Source: Octopus sinensis (lineage: Eukaryota). From it: a stretch of DNA of 64,000 nucleotides. Every line of letters starts with the position of its first letter. The first letter of the stretch is position 1. Made by a program: the position numbers and the translations under genes. Below are positions 23,826 through 35,597 of the stretch, one piece after another. A model generated the notes under the pieces. That model worked only from the letters and a program-made list of their open reading frames with translations, ran no database searches and was not told the DNA's origin. The DNA is taken from assembly GCF_006345805.1 (NCBI RefSeq), contig NC_043022.1:10416001-10480000 (forward strand). The letters are read 5' to 3'.

Positions 23826-25948
23826 CTGTGCATTAGCTGAGCCAAATATACTCGAAGCAGGTTTACTTGTGGAATTGTTAAGAGCAAAATTAAACCCAGC
23901 AGATGGGCTAGAAGTACTAGAGCCAAAAACATTTGTAGTGGCCGAAGGGGCAGCGGCTTGAGCCTGGCCTGTTTGAGATGCATCTTTGAAGCTGCCAAAT
24001 GTGGAAGGGTTCGAGAATATAGCTGCAGCAGCAGGTTTGGTTGTCGAGGCAAGCGTCTTTGTAGATGCAGCCATGCTGGGTGCACCAAACGCAGAGCTTG
24101 CAGTGGCTGTAGGTGTGCTGAAGATGTTCAGTGCTGTAGCTGGTGCAGCAAAGACAGCAGCAGTGCTGGCGATGCTAGAGCCACCAAAGATTGGTGATGC
24201 TGCTGCAGCCGTTTGAGGTACCTTAAAGATAGAATTTGAAGACGGTGCTCCTGCAGCAGTTGTGGCTGTGGTGTTGGTTGCTGCCGGTGTTGCTGTGGTA
24301 GTGCTTGAAGCCCCAAAGATGGAGGATACGGTAGAAGAAGGAACTCTGAAAACAGGTGCAGGTAAGGAGGTGGAAGCCCCAAAGATAGATGATGTAGATG
24401 TACCTAAACCAGATGAAGTAGCAGTTGACGGAGAGCCAAAAATAGGGGCAGCTGCAGAAGAGGAAGCACCAAATACTTGTGAAGCTTTGGTTGTAGAAGT
24501 ACCAAAGATAGGTGCAGAGGTAGTAGATGATCCAAAGACAGGAGTAGTGGTAGAAGAAGCAGCTCCAAAAACAGGGGCAGCGGTAGAAGTGGAAGCTCCA
24601 AAGATAGAAGGAGCAGCAGATGTGGAAGCTCCAAAGACAGGAGTAGTTGTAGAAGTGGAGGCTCCAAAGACGGGAGTAGTGGTAGAAGTGGAGGCTCCAA
24701 AGACGGGAGTAGCTGTAGAAGAGGAGGCTCCAAAGACGGGAGTAGTGGTAGAAGTGGAGGCTCCAAAGACAGGAGCAGTGGAAGAAGTGGAGGCTCCAAA
24801 GACAGGGGCAGCGGCAGAAGTGGAAGCTCCAAAGACAGGAGCAGCAGTAGAAGTAGAGGCTCCAAAGACAGGAGCAGTGGTAGAGGTGGCGGCTCCAAAG
24901 ACAGGAGCAGCGGTAGAGGTGGAGGCTCCAAAGACAGGAGCAGTGGTAGAGGTGACGGCTCCAAAGACAGGAGCAGCGGTAGAGGTGGCGGCTCCAAAGA
25001 CAGGAGCAGTGGTAGAGGTGGAGGCTCCAAAGACAGGAGCAGCAGTAGAAGAGGAGGTTCCAAAGGGTAATGAGAACCCCCCAAAGGCAGCTGTTGTAGT
25101 AGTGGCAGTAGTAGTAGTGCTAGTAATGGTGGTAGTATTAGAGGATGCATTAAAAACAAATTTGGCAGGGGTGGTGTTTGGTGCTCCAAATGCAGCAGAA
25201 GATGCAGTTGCGGTGTTGCTGGTTGGCTCATTCTGGTTGGCTGGAGTATTTCCAAATACGAATAATCCTGATGTACTTGTTGCTGTGGTTGAGATGACAT
25301 TTGGGCCAGTACTCGCACTGGCGTCTGGTTTAAAAGACGGGAAACTGGCAGGCGATGTATTTGTTGCATCTACTTTCTGTGCAGCCGTTGGGGTTGTTGC
25401 AGCTGAGCTCATGATGGAAGTACCTGCACCAAAAGGATTTCCAGCGGCCGTAGGAAACGCAAAGCTTGTTTTAGGACTGACTGAAAAACCTGCAGTTGAA
25501 GGGGCAGAAGTGGAAGATGATGGAGATTTGATGGCATCAGTAGTAGTGGTGGCTAATGTAGTCGACAACGGAGAAGAAGCTGGGGAAACAGGCGGCACAC
25601 TCAGAGAGGTACTGGTTGCACTAAATGGGGAGCTGATGTGAGCAGGAAAAGATCCTGTAGGTGCAGTTGTAGCATTTGGACTGGATGAGACAAGAATAAA
25701 TTGAAAACCAGAATTCGAACTGGTTCCTGGAAGGCTGGAACTGCTAACAGTTGTACAAGTTGTGCTCAGTTGGGGAGCAGTTACAGATACATTAGGCTGT
25801 GCTGCTGCAGCTGCTGTTGTTGAACTTGAAGGACTCGTCACTTTTGAGTTGAATTGAAAATTGCTTTTCATCTGGATTTGTGAGACTGGTGATGATGATG
25901 ACGATGGCAATGATGATGGTGATGATGATGGCGCTGTGAGTTTGGCAT
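23826..25948 (-). CDS. POM121: POM121-like nucleoporin, exon 11 (2123 nt, Ser/Thr/Ala-rich FG-repeat domain)
   Basis: Long ORF with many FG dipeptides. Acceptor AAAACAG, phase 1; donor CAG|GTAATT, phase 0. Confidence 0.95.
24430..25055 (-). repeat. Coding 33-bp minisatellite encoding 11-aa FG repeats (T/A)APVFGASTST
   Basis: About 16 regularly spaced PVFG/SIFG units with degenerate flanking units. Plus-strand unit: ggaggctccaaagacaggagcagtggtagaggt. Confidence 0.9.
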
Positions 25949-27114
25949 CTGTTTTGAAGGACGAAACAAAATATATATTTTAAGTGGCATTTACATCAAA
26001 AATAAAACGAACAACAGAATTCAATTAGATATAACCTAACAAATACGTGTGTATGGCCTGGGTACAACTTTAGCATTACTCTTTAGCATTTGAACTGGCC
26101 ATATCTAGCCAAAATATTCTTCTTGTTTAATGCTCAAACTGGCCAAATCCAGTCTCTTACACCAACCCTACGATGCTATTCTAAAAATAAACAATCACAT
26201 TATTGAAATCTTAAAGCTACAAGATTCAAAACAATGTGAATAAATAAACATTACATTTGACAGAATAATCTGAATTCCAAAGGCTTAAACTAGCCTTCTG
26301 ATATACAGTAATCCCTTGCCATATCACGGTTCACCCTTCTTTTGATCCTAATCCATATCACACCACCCTTGATTCTATGATACAAGCTTACTAAATTTAA
26401 ACCCATCTTAATTAAAATCTTCCCTCAGAATTCCACATTAATTTAAATTCCAAACACCAGTTTAAAAACAACAGTCATTTTACTAAATCATTTTCTGTCA
26501 AGTTTTGTAATTTGCTTACTTCATAAGCATGGATATAGGAACAAGGATCAAATAGCTGTAAACTGCAAATTTCTATCTTGCCATAGTGGAAGCACAACCA
26601 ACAGCTGAACGTATGAGAAGGAGTAAAAAACATCAGCCATGACCCTGTAGTGATGGAATCAATTGTGGGATCTTTTCACTTTGACTGGCAGATTTTTAAA
26701 ATAATTTCTATGTAACTAAACACTTTTAAACTTTGTATGCTGGTAGTGTGTTACATAAAACATCTTTTTCTCTTGGCGTTCTTGAGAAAATTCTGTAGTT
26801 TGTAAGCTATTTGTTCTTTAATTTCTTGCATTTCAGCAATTTCAACCAATTAATGATGTCTATTGAGATGAATTCAATATCTGCCATATTTTGTCAACAA
26901 CAATAAATTGGCAGTTTTTAATTATTTAAACAAATGTACAGCATTCGTTATATATTGATTAGGAACTCAATACATGGCATTAATTGAAACATAAGCAGTT
27001 TACTTCAACAGAAGGAAGATAACAAAAAAGTTAATTCCCTACTAGGAAATTTTTCAAAAGTGTAGAACAAAGTGTTAAGGTGAATGAAATAACATGAAAT
27101 ATAGAAATACTGAC

Positions 27115-27465
27115 CTGAAGCCTTTGGATAAGCTGATGTTGATAATGAAGGTAGGGGTGTGATCATGGAATTGACTGATGTAGTGTTGGATGTGAGGCGG
27201 GTAGGCTGTTCTGATGATGATGAAGTGAGAGTTGTAGTAGTTGCTATGGACTTGGGCGACAATGATGCTGTTACAGACCAGGCTGCTGTAGTGGATGTTG
27301 TTGTTGTTGCTGCTGCTGCAGCTGATGAGAGAAGGGTTGATGGTGAAGACAGAGACAAAGAACCAGAAGTGGTTGCAGTTGTTTGGCTGACATCCGTTGA
27401 GGATTTGCTGGTAGAAGTTTCCAGAGATTTCGTAGTAGAAATTAAGTTTTTAGAGATCTCAATGC
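27115..27465 (-). CDS. POM121: POM121-like nucleoporin, exon 10 (Ser/Thr-rich)
   Basis: Poly-T/GTAG acceptor, phase 1; open frame GIEISKNLIST...YPKAS; donor G|GTCAGT, phase 1. Confidence 0.9.
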
Positions 27466-28674
27466 CTACAAAAAAAAAAAGAAAAAGAAAAAAAAAAAAA
27501 AGAAAAAAAAAAGAACTTTACTGAGGAAGATGCTTTGTACACATTTTCAGTTCAGTTTTAGGTGAAGGACCCTTCAGTAACCAAACCCTGTAAGTACAAT
27601 CATAAAATGGACCCTGCCCCACCACCAAAAAACTAAAACAAAAAGTTAATAAAATGCAAAGAAATGAAAACAACAAAAATGCCAAGACAAATGCAGGAGT
27701 GGCTGTGTAGTAAGAATGTTGCTTCTCAACCACAAGAATCCGGGTTCAGTCCCACTGCATGGCACCTTGGGTAAGTATCTTCTGCTATATCCCTGAGCTG
27801 ACCAAAGCTTCATGAGAGGATTTAGTAGATGGAAACTGAAAGAAGCCCGTCATGTGAGTATGTGTGTGCGCCTTTGTTTGTCCCCTACCACTGCTTGACA
27901 ACTAGTGTTGGTGTGTTTATGTTCCTGTAACTTTGAGACTCAGAAGTTCAGCCAAAAAAGACTGATAGAATAAGCAAGTACTGGGGTCGATTCATTTGAT
28001 TAAAAATTCTTCAAAGCAGTGTTCCAGCATGGCCACAGTCTAATGATTGAAACAAATAAAAGACATTAAATGCAAAGCCTGAGAATTTTGAAAACTTAGT
28101 CTCTGTCTACAAAACTTATTGAGTCTGTTGGGGAAAATTAAAGGAATAAAGTTAGCTTCAGGTGAAAAAAAATTATTTATTTACACAGTGTCTGTGCTAG
28201 TAGGGTGCCAAGAGCACCATCCGAGCGTGATCGTTGCCAGAGCAGCCAACTGGCTTCCGTGCCAGTGGCACATAAAAGGGCACCATTTGAGCGTGATCGT
28301 TACCAATGTCGCCTTACTGGCACCTGTGCTGGTGGCATGTGTAAACAGATTCGAGCAAGGTCGTTGCCAGTACCATCTGACTGGCTCCCATGCCGGTGGC
28401 ACGTAAAAAGCACCCATTACACTCTCGGAGTGGTTGGCATTAGGAAGGGCATCCAGCTGTAGAAAATGCCAAATCAAGATTGGAGCCTGGTGCAGCCATC
28501 TGGTTCACCAGCCCTCAGTCAAAATCGTCCAACCCATGTAGGGTGCCAAGAGCGGATGTAAAACGATGATGACAGTCTGGAGACAAAGCGAATCAGTGCT
28601 TGTACACCAAAGAAGACAGAATCACCTTAAATCAATAGAAAAGACAAAAGGATAACTTTATTTTAAAGACCAAA

Positions 28675-29460
28675 GGTAGTGAGCTGGCAGAAACGTTAGC
28701 ACGCTGGGAAAAATGCTTAGCAGCATTTCATCTGCCATCGCGTTCTGAGTTCAAATTCTGCCATGGTTGACGTTGTCTTTCATCCTTTTGGCGGTCGATA
28801 AATTAAGTACCAGTTACACACTGGGGTCGATGTAATCGACTTAATCCCTTTCTGTCCTTGTTTGTCCCCTCTATGTTTAGCCCCTTGTGGGCAATAAAGA
28901 AATAAGAAACATTAGCATGTCGGGCGAAATGCTCAGCAGTATTTTGTTTGTCTTTATGTTCAGAGTTCAAATTCTGCTGAGGTCAACTTTGCCTTTCATC
29001 CTTTTGAGGTCAATAAATTAAGCACCAGTTGCATACTGGGGTCAATCTAATCGACTGGCCCTGCCCCCTCCCCCAAAATTTTGCACTTTGTATCTAGAGT
29101 AGGATAGAATTGTTAGCATGCCAGGCAAAAGGCTTAGTGGTATTTCATCTGCTGTAACGTTCTGAGATCAATTTTGCCTTTCATCCTTTAAGAGTCGATA
29201 AATTAAGTACCAGTTGCATACTGGAGCTGATCTAATCAACTGACCCCCTCACCAAAAATTTCAGGCCTTGTGTCTAGAATAGAAAAGAATTGTTTGCATG
29301 CCAGGCGAAATGTTTAGCGGTATTTCACCTGCCATTATGTTCTGAGTTCAAATTCCGCTGAGGTCAAAACACTGGGAGGGGGGGGATGTCGATGTAATTG
29401 ATTATCCCCCTTCCCCGCAAAAAAAAAAAAATTTAAGGCCTTGTGCCTAGAATAGAAATA
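28675..29460 (+). mobile_element. About four tandem copies of a second tRNA-SINE family (gcctttcatcctttcggggtcgataaa domain)
   Basis: Repeated gttagca...ttctgagttcaaatt...gcctttcatcct...aagtaccagt units. A further copy lies at ~60170-60386. Confidence 0.75.
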
Positions 29461-30080
29461 ATTATTTTAAAGACCAAGTACAAAATACCTGATTTTGTCC
29501 CCTCCATACACACACAAGCATGTATCTGACTCATACATTGTTCACTTTCCAGACATTTGTACATTACTGCATATACTTTATACGCACTTTCTGACAAGTT
29601 GTGGTACACCTGAGCACTGTATACAATAATTTCATTATTATTATTATAATATGTATCTTGAAGAGGCCAGCCTAGCTGTCTACAACAGATGTAATTTCAT
29701 GAGTCCTTAACTAATATACATGAAAAACACAAAGCTAAGTGGTTAGATATTTAGCTCACAATCCTAAGGTCATAAGTTTGATACCCATCAGCATGTTGTG
29801 TCCTTGAACAAGACACTTTACTTCATGTTGCTCCAATCAAAATGTCCAGTTAGTAGATAACTTGATGTGCTGGTTCCAACTTGACCAACCAATCAGAAGT
29901 GTCTGCAAGCCTCCATTCCTCCCACTCCTAGAGATCTTTTGTGAAGGAGATGGGCACTACCCTCTCTCTTGTGGCTAAGTTACCAAAACAGAGAAAACAG
30001 ACAACAAACAACAAAACAGAATCTTTTCAATGCAATTTTGCTATGAGGAAATGGTTTAAGAAAACAACGCAAACCCTCAC

Positions 30081-30225
30081 CTGTCTTTGCAATCATGAGG
30101 TCTTTGTCTGTATTCGAAGCCTTGTCATTGGCAATACTATCCAGCATCTTTTCAACCCTCTCCTGTTCAGCTTTGCGGTCGTTCTCATAGTCTTGCTTGG
30201 TTGCGTAAACATTAGCATACGATAG
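30081..30225 (-). CDS. POM121: POM121-like nucleoporin, exon 9 (LSYANVYATKQDYENDRKAEQERVEKMLD...)
   Basis: Acceptor TTTCATAG, phase 0; donor G|GTGAGG, phase 1. The helical segment resembles the vertebrate LGYSITAEDLDLEKKA motif (recalled). Confidence 0.9.
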
Positions 30226-31112
30226 CTATGAAATATTCAAACGTTATATGCATGAGTATATATAAATTACAAAATACAAAGTTATATCTTGAGATCGTTA
30301 GTGACAACAACACTCAAAATATATAACAGACAGGAATTGTAGTGCTCAAATGAGCTGTATTCACTTATTAATCTAAATTTTTAATTTAACAAATTTTTAC
30401 CAAATGTTTTATGATTTTAAGCGTAAATTCAATGTGTTATATGTGCAACACCGATTCTTATATATTTATATATTTTATATGATGTTTATATATTTATATA
30501 TTATTATATTTTTAAACGTCAGACTTTATATGTTCTGTAGATATAAATAAATATAGGAATATATGTATTTGTTTGATCTTTCTGTGGATTTTGTAATGTT
30601 CCTTTAGTTGCTGCTCACATTGCCTCCCCTCGGATTGAGTATATATATATATGTATGTATGTATGTATGTATATATGTATATATATATAAGCATGTAGTT
30701 TTTGCTTATTACATGCTATAAAAACATAAAAGTGTTCAATAAACTTTATACTGCAACAGATATTGTACACACACACACACACACACACATATGTAGCCCA
30801 ACAAATGTTGTCTATGTCCAGCTTTACTGCGTGAAATCTTACCTGATGAGGGTGGATTGGATATTAAGATGTAATCTTTTACAACTAAACCAAATAAAAT
30901 TGTATCAGAACTGCCATAAATTTTAAATGCCATTCATGTTTACTATGTGTGTCTGTGCATGTGTGTGTGTGTAGCTACCTATACACACACACTTGTTAAT
31001 CTGTACATCAAACAAAAGTGTGTCCTGCTTAATTCACAGAAATGAACATATGTACATATGACTGTGTACACATGCAGGAGTGCATGAATGAGTGTTTGTG
31101 AGCGTGCATGCA

Positions 31113-31146
<34 letters not shown>

Positions 31147-32707
31147 GGAGGGAGGGAGTGTTTGTGTGTTCCACCAGAAAAGTTCGTAATTTCATTCAAA
31201 CTGGGGAAGTTTTGTTTTGTATGGCTGAGACCAACTTCTACTGTGCAATAGTAATTATTCTGCCATGCAGTCAAACCCCATCACTAATCAGTCAAAAACT
31301 GTTTATTTGCAGAAATGGAGATGAACATCTTTGAACTCTGAATTCCTCTAAAACGAGGTCCATTAAACCTTTAGCATCTAAACCAGTCGCAGCTGGCCAA
31401 AATATTTGAGCTATTTTACATTCAAACTGTCCAGATTTAGCCTTTCACACCAGCCCTACAATGTCATTCTAAAAGTTAACAGTTACCTCATCAAAATCTC
31501 AAAGCTACAAGATAATGCAGGATTAATTCAAAACTAAATGAATAAATATTAATTTCAATAGACAAATGTAAATAGTAAAGGTTTAATATTTAGCTTTGTA
31601 TCAACCACATGTCATAGTGATTACATCAAGGCTATAACTGAGGTTGAGGGCAGTTTTATTAAATAATCTGGTTTTATAATATATGACTGGCTTTCATGGC
31701 CGCTGCCAGCCTCCCCTGGCACGTAAAAAGCACCCACTACACTCACGGAGTGGTTGGCATTAGGAAGGGCATCCAGCTGTAGAAACACTGCCAGATCAGG
31801 CTGGAGCCTGGTGCAGCCTCCTGGCTTCCCAGACCCCGGTCGAACCATCCAACCTGTGCTAGCATGGAAAACGGACGTTAAACGATGAACATGCGCATCA
31901 TTTTTTCAATAATTATTTTAACATAAATTTCCCCACATTTGCATGGATCAGATGGGATTTGTTGAGACAGTTCTAAAACTAGATGCCTTTCTTATTGCCA
32001 GCCCACACCTATTTCCAAGTAAGGTAATATTTCCTCATGGCAGAATATGTTCACACAGAAGATTGGACATGAATGATACAGTATGACAGTGATTACACTG
32101 TGTAACATGACTTTTGTCCTTGGGTAGCAAATGTTATTTCCAATTTATTAACCCCTAGAAAGTATGAAAAATGGTTAATATTTCCTTCGAAATTTACTTT
32201 TGTTACATTTATTCAAACCCCAAAGACTACTTCTCAACACATGGCTATGATGCTCCCCCACTACTGTTCATGATCAAAGATGCACATATTGTCAGCCACC
32301 AGTTTGCTTAAGTGGTCATATAGTCAAGCAACTGACAAGCAAATCTGTGGTATTGAGCAGAATATTTGCTATAATGATATTTCTGATTCAGCAACTCAGC
32401 ACTGAATCTGAAATATAATGGAAAGTAGGTCAGCTTCAAAACTGACCTACTTTCCATTATATTTCCAGGTAACAAAAGCAAAGTTTGAAAAGAACAGTAG
32501 TGATTTCCTTTGATTTCTAGATTGAGGCAAATAGGAAATAACACTTTCTGACCAAAGACAAATATTTTGTTACACAGTGTAATCATTTTACAAATATCAC
32601 AATGTCAAGACAAGGAGACACACACTTCCAAATTTGCCAATCTAGTTGATGCCACAGGTGAGGAAAATGAAACTAAACATTGAAAATAGATATGAAAATG
32701 TACTTAC

Positions 32708-32806
32708 TTTGTCCAAATTAACACCTGGTGTGGTAAAACTTAAAAGCTTCCTCCTAGGGAGATCTGCTGCAGTTTTATTTTCCCCAGAACTTATGTTACT
32801 TGTTAA
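32708..32806 (-). CDS. POM121: POM121-like nucleoporin, exon 8
   Basis: Acceptor TTTTGTTAG; 99 nt, phase 0-0; reads LTSNISSGENKTAADLPRRKLLSFTTPGVNLDK; donor GTAAGT. Confidence 0.9.
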
Positions 32807-34261
32807 CTAACAAAACAAAAACCAAAAAAAAAAAAAAAAAAAATTAGAGTAAAATTTAATGAACAATTATAAAAATAAATTTAATCCCTCATACTGACTC
32901 CCAATAAGGACTGCACCTCATGTGGCATGAAGCACCACAAAACTCGCGGTCGGAGGATCGCGGTTTCGATTCCAAGACCGGGCATTGTGTGTGTATATTG
33001 AGCGAAAACATCTAAAGCTTCACGAGGCTCCAGCAGGGGCTGGTGGCGACCCCTGTTGTACTCTTTTGCCCCAACTTTCTCTCAGTCTTTCTTCCTGTTT
33101 CTTGCCCCTGACTTCCTATGCAACCGCTGAGCCTGGATGCGCATTCCTCCATCTGTCGATGCTTTCGGTGTCGGGGGTTGACCTGCTTTCTCTTCTGCGG
33201 GTCTTACGAATAGCAAAGGGCCATGTTTCGGACTTCTTCCATCTTGCGAGCTCTGGGACAAAGACCGTTCGCTCAACAGCAACAGCACCACAAGAGAATA
33301 CCTACCCACATGCCAGGTTGTGTGCAGACCCAACCACCTATCAACCACTTGTTTCCAAAATTCTCTCCCTTGCATTGTTCTTGATAGGTCACTCTTTAGT
33401 AGCTCCGGAGTCTGCAACCAATTGGTTAATAAATGGCTTGGCAGGACAAGCCACCTGGGTCGCTTCTCATGTATTGGTTCCTACATCAGTATTTAACTCA
33501 CTACTTCCTTGTTGCTACAAAAGCAGGGTCAACAGAATCTGTCTTATTTCCACTATAGTAGTGGTAACTCTTGGAAGATTACCATAAAGAACCAAGTATT
33601 ATCATCATCATTTAACACCCACTTTCCATGCTGGCATAGGTTGGACTGTTTGACTGAGGGCTGGCAAGCCAAAAGGCTGCACCAGGCTCCAATTTGATCT
33701 GGCAAAGTCTCTACAGTTGGATGCCCTTCCTAACGCCAACCACTCTGTTGTATAGCACTTCTATTTGATGCTAAATGCTTCTCTCAGATGTCTCATGCAT
33801 GTTCCATCTAGTTATCTTTCTAGTGCATGTAGTGCAGCTGTACAAGAGCACAGTTTCCATTGTTGCTCAAAAGAAGCCATACTTAAGGTGTCCGTTTCGA
33901 TTTAAACGCACACTAACTTGGGGAAGCATGAATAATTAAAATGCTTTCTGCCTAAATTGTGTTTACAGTGCAAGTAGGATTCTAAATGAGACTGGCTGCT
34001 CTAAGAAATTTAGTGCACTGCTCTTCTGCTTCTATCAAACTGTCACAATTATTGTTTGTTCCTTCTTGAGCCACACCTGGCTCATAGGGCCAGTTTCCTT
34101 GGCGACTCTTTCGCCATAATTTTCTCTCACTTTTTCCTCCTGGATCTAGCAGCTCACCTGTGATGGACCAGCATCCCGTCCAGGTGGGGAACCTATATGC
34201 CAAGGAAACCAGAAAACCAGCCCTTATGAGCCAGGCGTGGCTCAAGAAGGAACAAACGTAT

Positions 34262-34317
<56 letters not shown>

Positions 34318-34455
34318 CAGAGATGTACCTGCATAGCAAGTGATTTGATCTGAGATTGTGTGCTGAAACGAAAACAATTGCAGCGTGGAAGGTGTTTATA
34401 AGCCATTTAAGAAACACACAAAAGCCGTTCGATTCACTTCAACATTTAAGTTTAA

Positions 34456-34506
34456 TTTGTCAAAATATTTTCATCATTTTAAGACTGCGACCTGTTCACT
34501 GACAAA
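34456..34506 (-). ncRNA. Minimal type I hammerhead-like motif with G3-C8 core variant (left arm)
   Basis: TTTGTCA-GTGAACA-G-GTCGC..ATGAT-GAAA-ATAT-TT-TGACAAA: 7-bp stem I and palindromic stem III AATATT. Confidence 0.6.
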
Positions 34507-34525
34507 AATCCGTGCTGCACAGATT

Positions 34526-34576
34526 TTTGTTAGTGAACAGGTCACAGTCTTAAAATGATGAAAATATTTTGACAAA
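34526..34576 (+). ncRNA. Minimal type I hammerhead-like motif with G3-C8 core variant (right arm)
   Basis: TTTGTTA-GTGAACA-G-GTCA..TGAT-GAAA-ATAT-TT-TGACAAA. Confidence 0.6.
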
Positions 34577-35506
34577 TTAAACTTAAATGTTGAAGTGAAT
34601 CGAACGGCTTTTGTGTGTTTCTTAAATGGCTTATAAACACCTTCCACGCTGCAATTGTTATATATATATCATCATCATATATGTGTATATATATATATAA
34701 TTATGATAGAAGCAGTGTTAATAACAAAAGGTAATATTTAATATTTAACCCCACTTAAAAGTGGATGTTGTGTTAGAACACAAAATATTGCATAAGCACT
34801 TATGTTTATATTGCTAATTGGAAGATAAGAGCATTTTAGCTTTTATTTCTAGTAATGTAGGTGTTTCTAACACCCTAGTCATATGTAGGGACAATTATAG
34901 TTTTCCTTTTTGGTAAAACATTGCACACTACTGTCTATATTCATTTTATACATAAAAATGTATACACACACACACACAAACATATACATACACACACACA
35001 TACATAAATAAATAATATATATCAACAATTCACACACATGGAAAACACCAAATCCCCGGTCTGAGATTTGAACCTGTGATCTCTTGAACGCGAGTCCGCT
35101 GTGCTAACCACTAAGCCATGTGCCTCCACACATACATATAAGCAATAGAAATATTATTATTTCTAAGTCTCTCTAAAGGAGACTACAGCAGTAGTACTGG
35201 ATATTAATAGTTATCGCAAGCTAATGTCAAAGGTAATGCTTATTTATTCACATTAGTTTGTATTTATCCTATTCTAGTTTTGAAACTTTGATATGATTGT
35301 TTATTTTTAGACTGACATTGTAGGGTAGGTATGAGAGGATGGAGCTAACCAGTTTGAAAAAAAAAAAATCAGGTAGAATATTTTGGTTGGATATGGTCAG
35401 TTTAAATGCTGAAGGGTTAAATGTGGATATTCCATAAAATTGAATAAAATACCAGCAGAATGAGTATTAAGAGGTCTTAGAATTTATAACAGAGTTTTGG
35501 GGTTAC

Positions 35507-35597
35507 CTGAGGTGTGTGTTCAGGTAGTTTCTCTGATGAGGTGTCTACAAGACTGTCTTCTTTCCCTGATATGTCCAGGCTTGGTTTCATAACTTTG
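35507..35597 (-). CDS. POM121: POM121-like nucleoporin, exon 7
   Basis: Acceptor TTGTAG, phase 2; reads KVMKPSLDISGKEDSLVDTSSEKLPEHTPQ; donor CAG|GTAACC, phase 0. Confidence 0.85.

Larger units (their letters stand above)
34373..34659. repeat. Near-perfect 287-bp palindrome (143-bp arms, 1-nt centre) in intron 7
   Basis: 34373-34515 is the reverse complement of 34517-34659, with 3 mismatches counted. Flanked by (TA)n. Confidence 0.95.

Noticed and set aside
24262-25641. 459-aa plus-strand ORF (VEVEAPKTGAA repeats) and 321-aa shifted minus-strand ORF
   Set aside because: These are shadows of the 33-bp coding repeat and S/T/A codon bias in POM121 exon 11. There is no independent start or splice evidence.
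32985-33587. 200-aa plus-strand ORF
   Set aside because: It overlaps a tRNA-SINE, starts at a non-ATG codon and has no recognisable domain.
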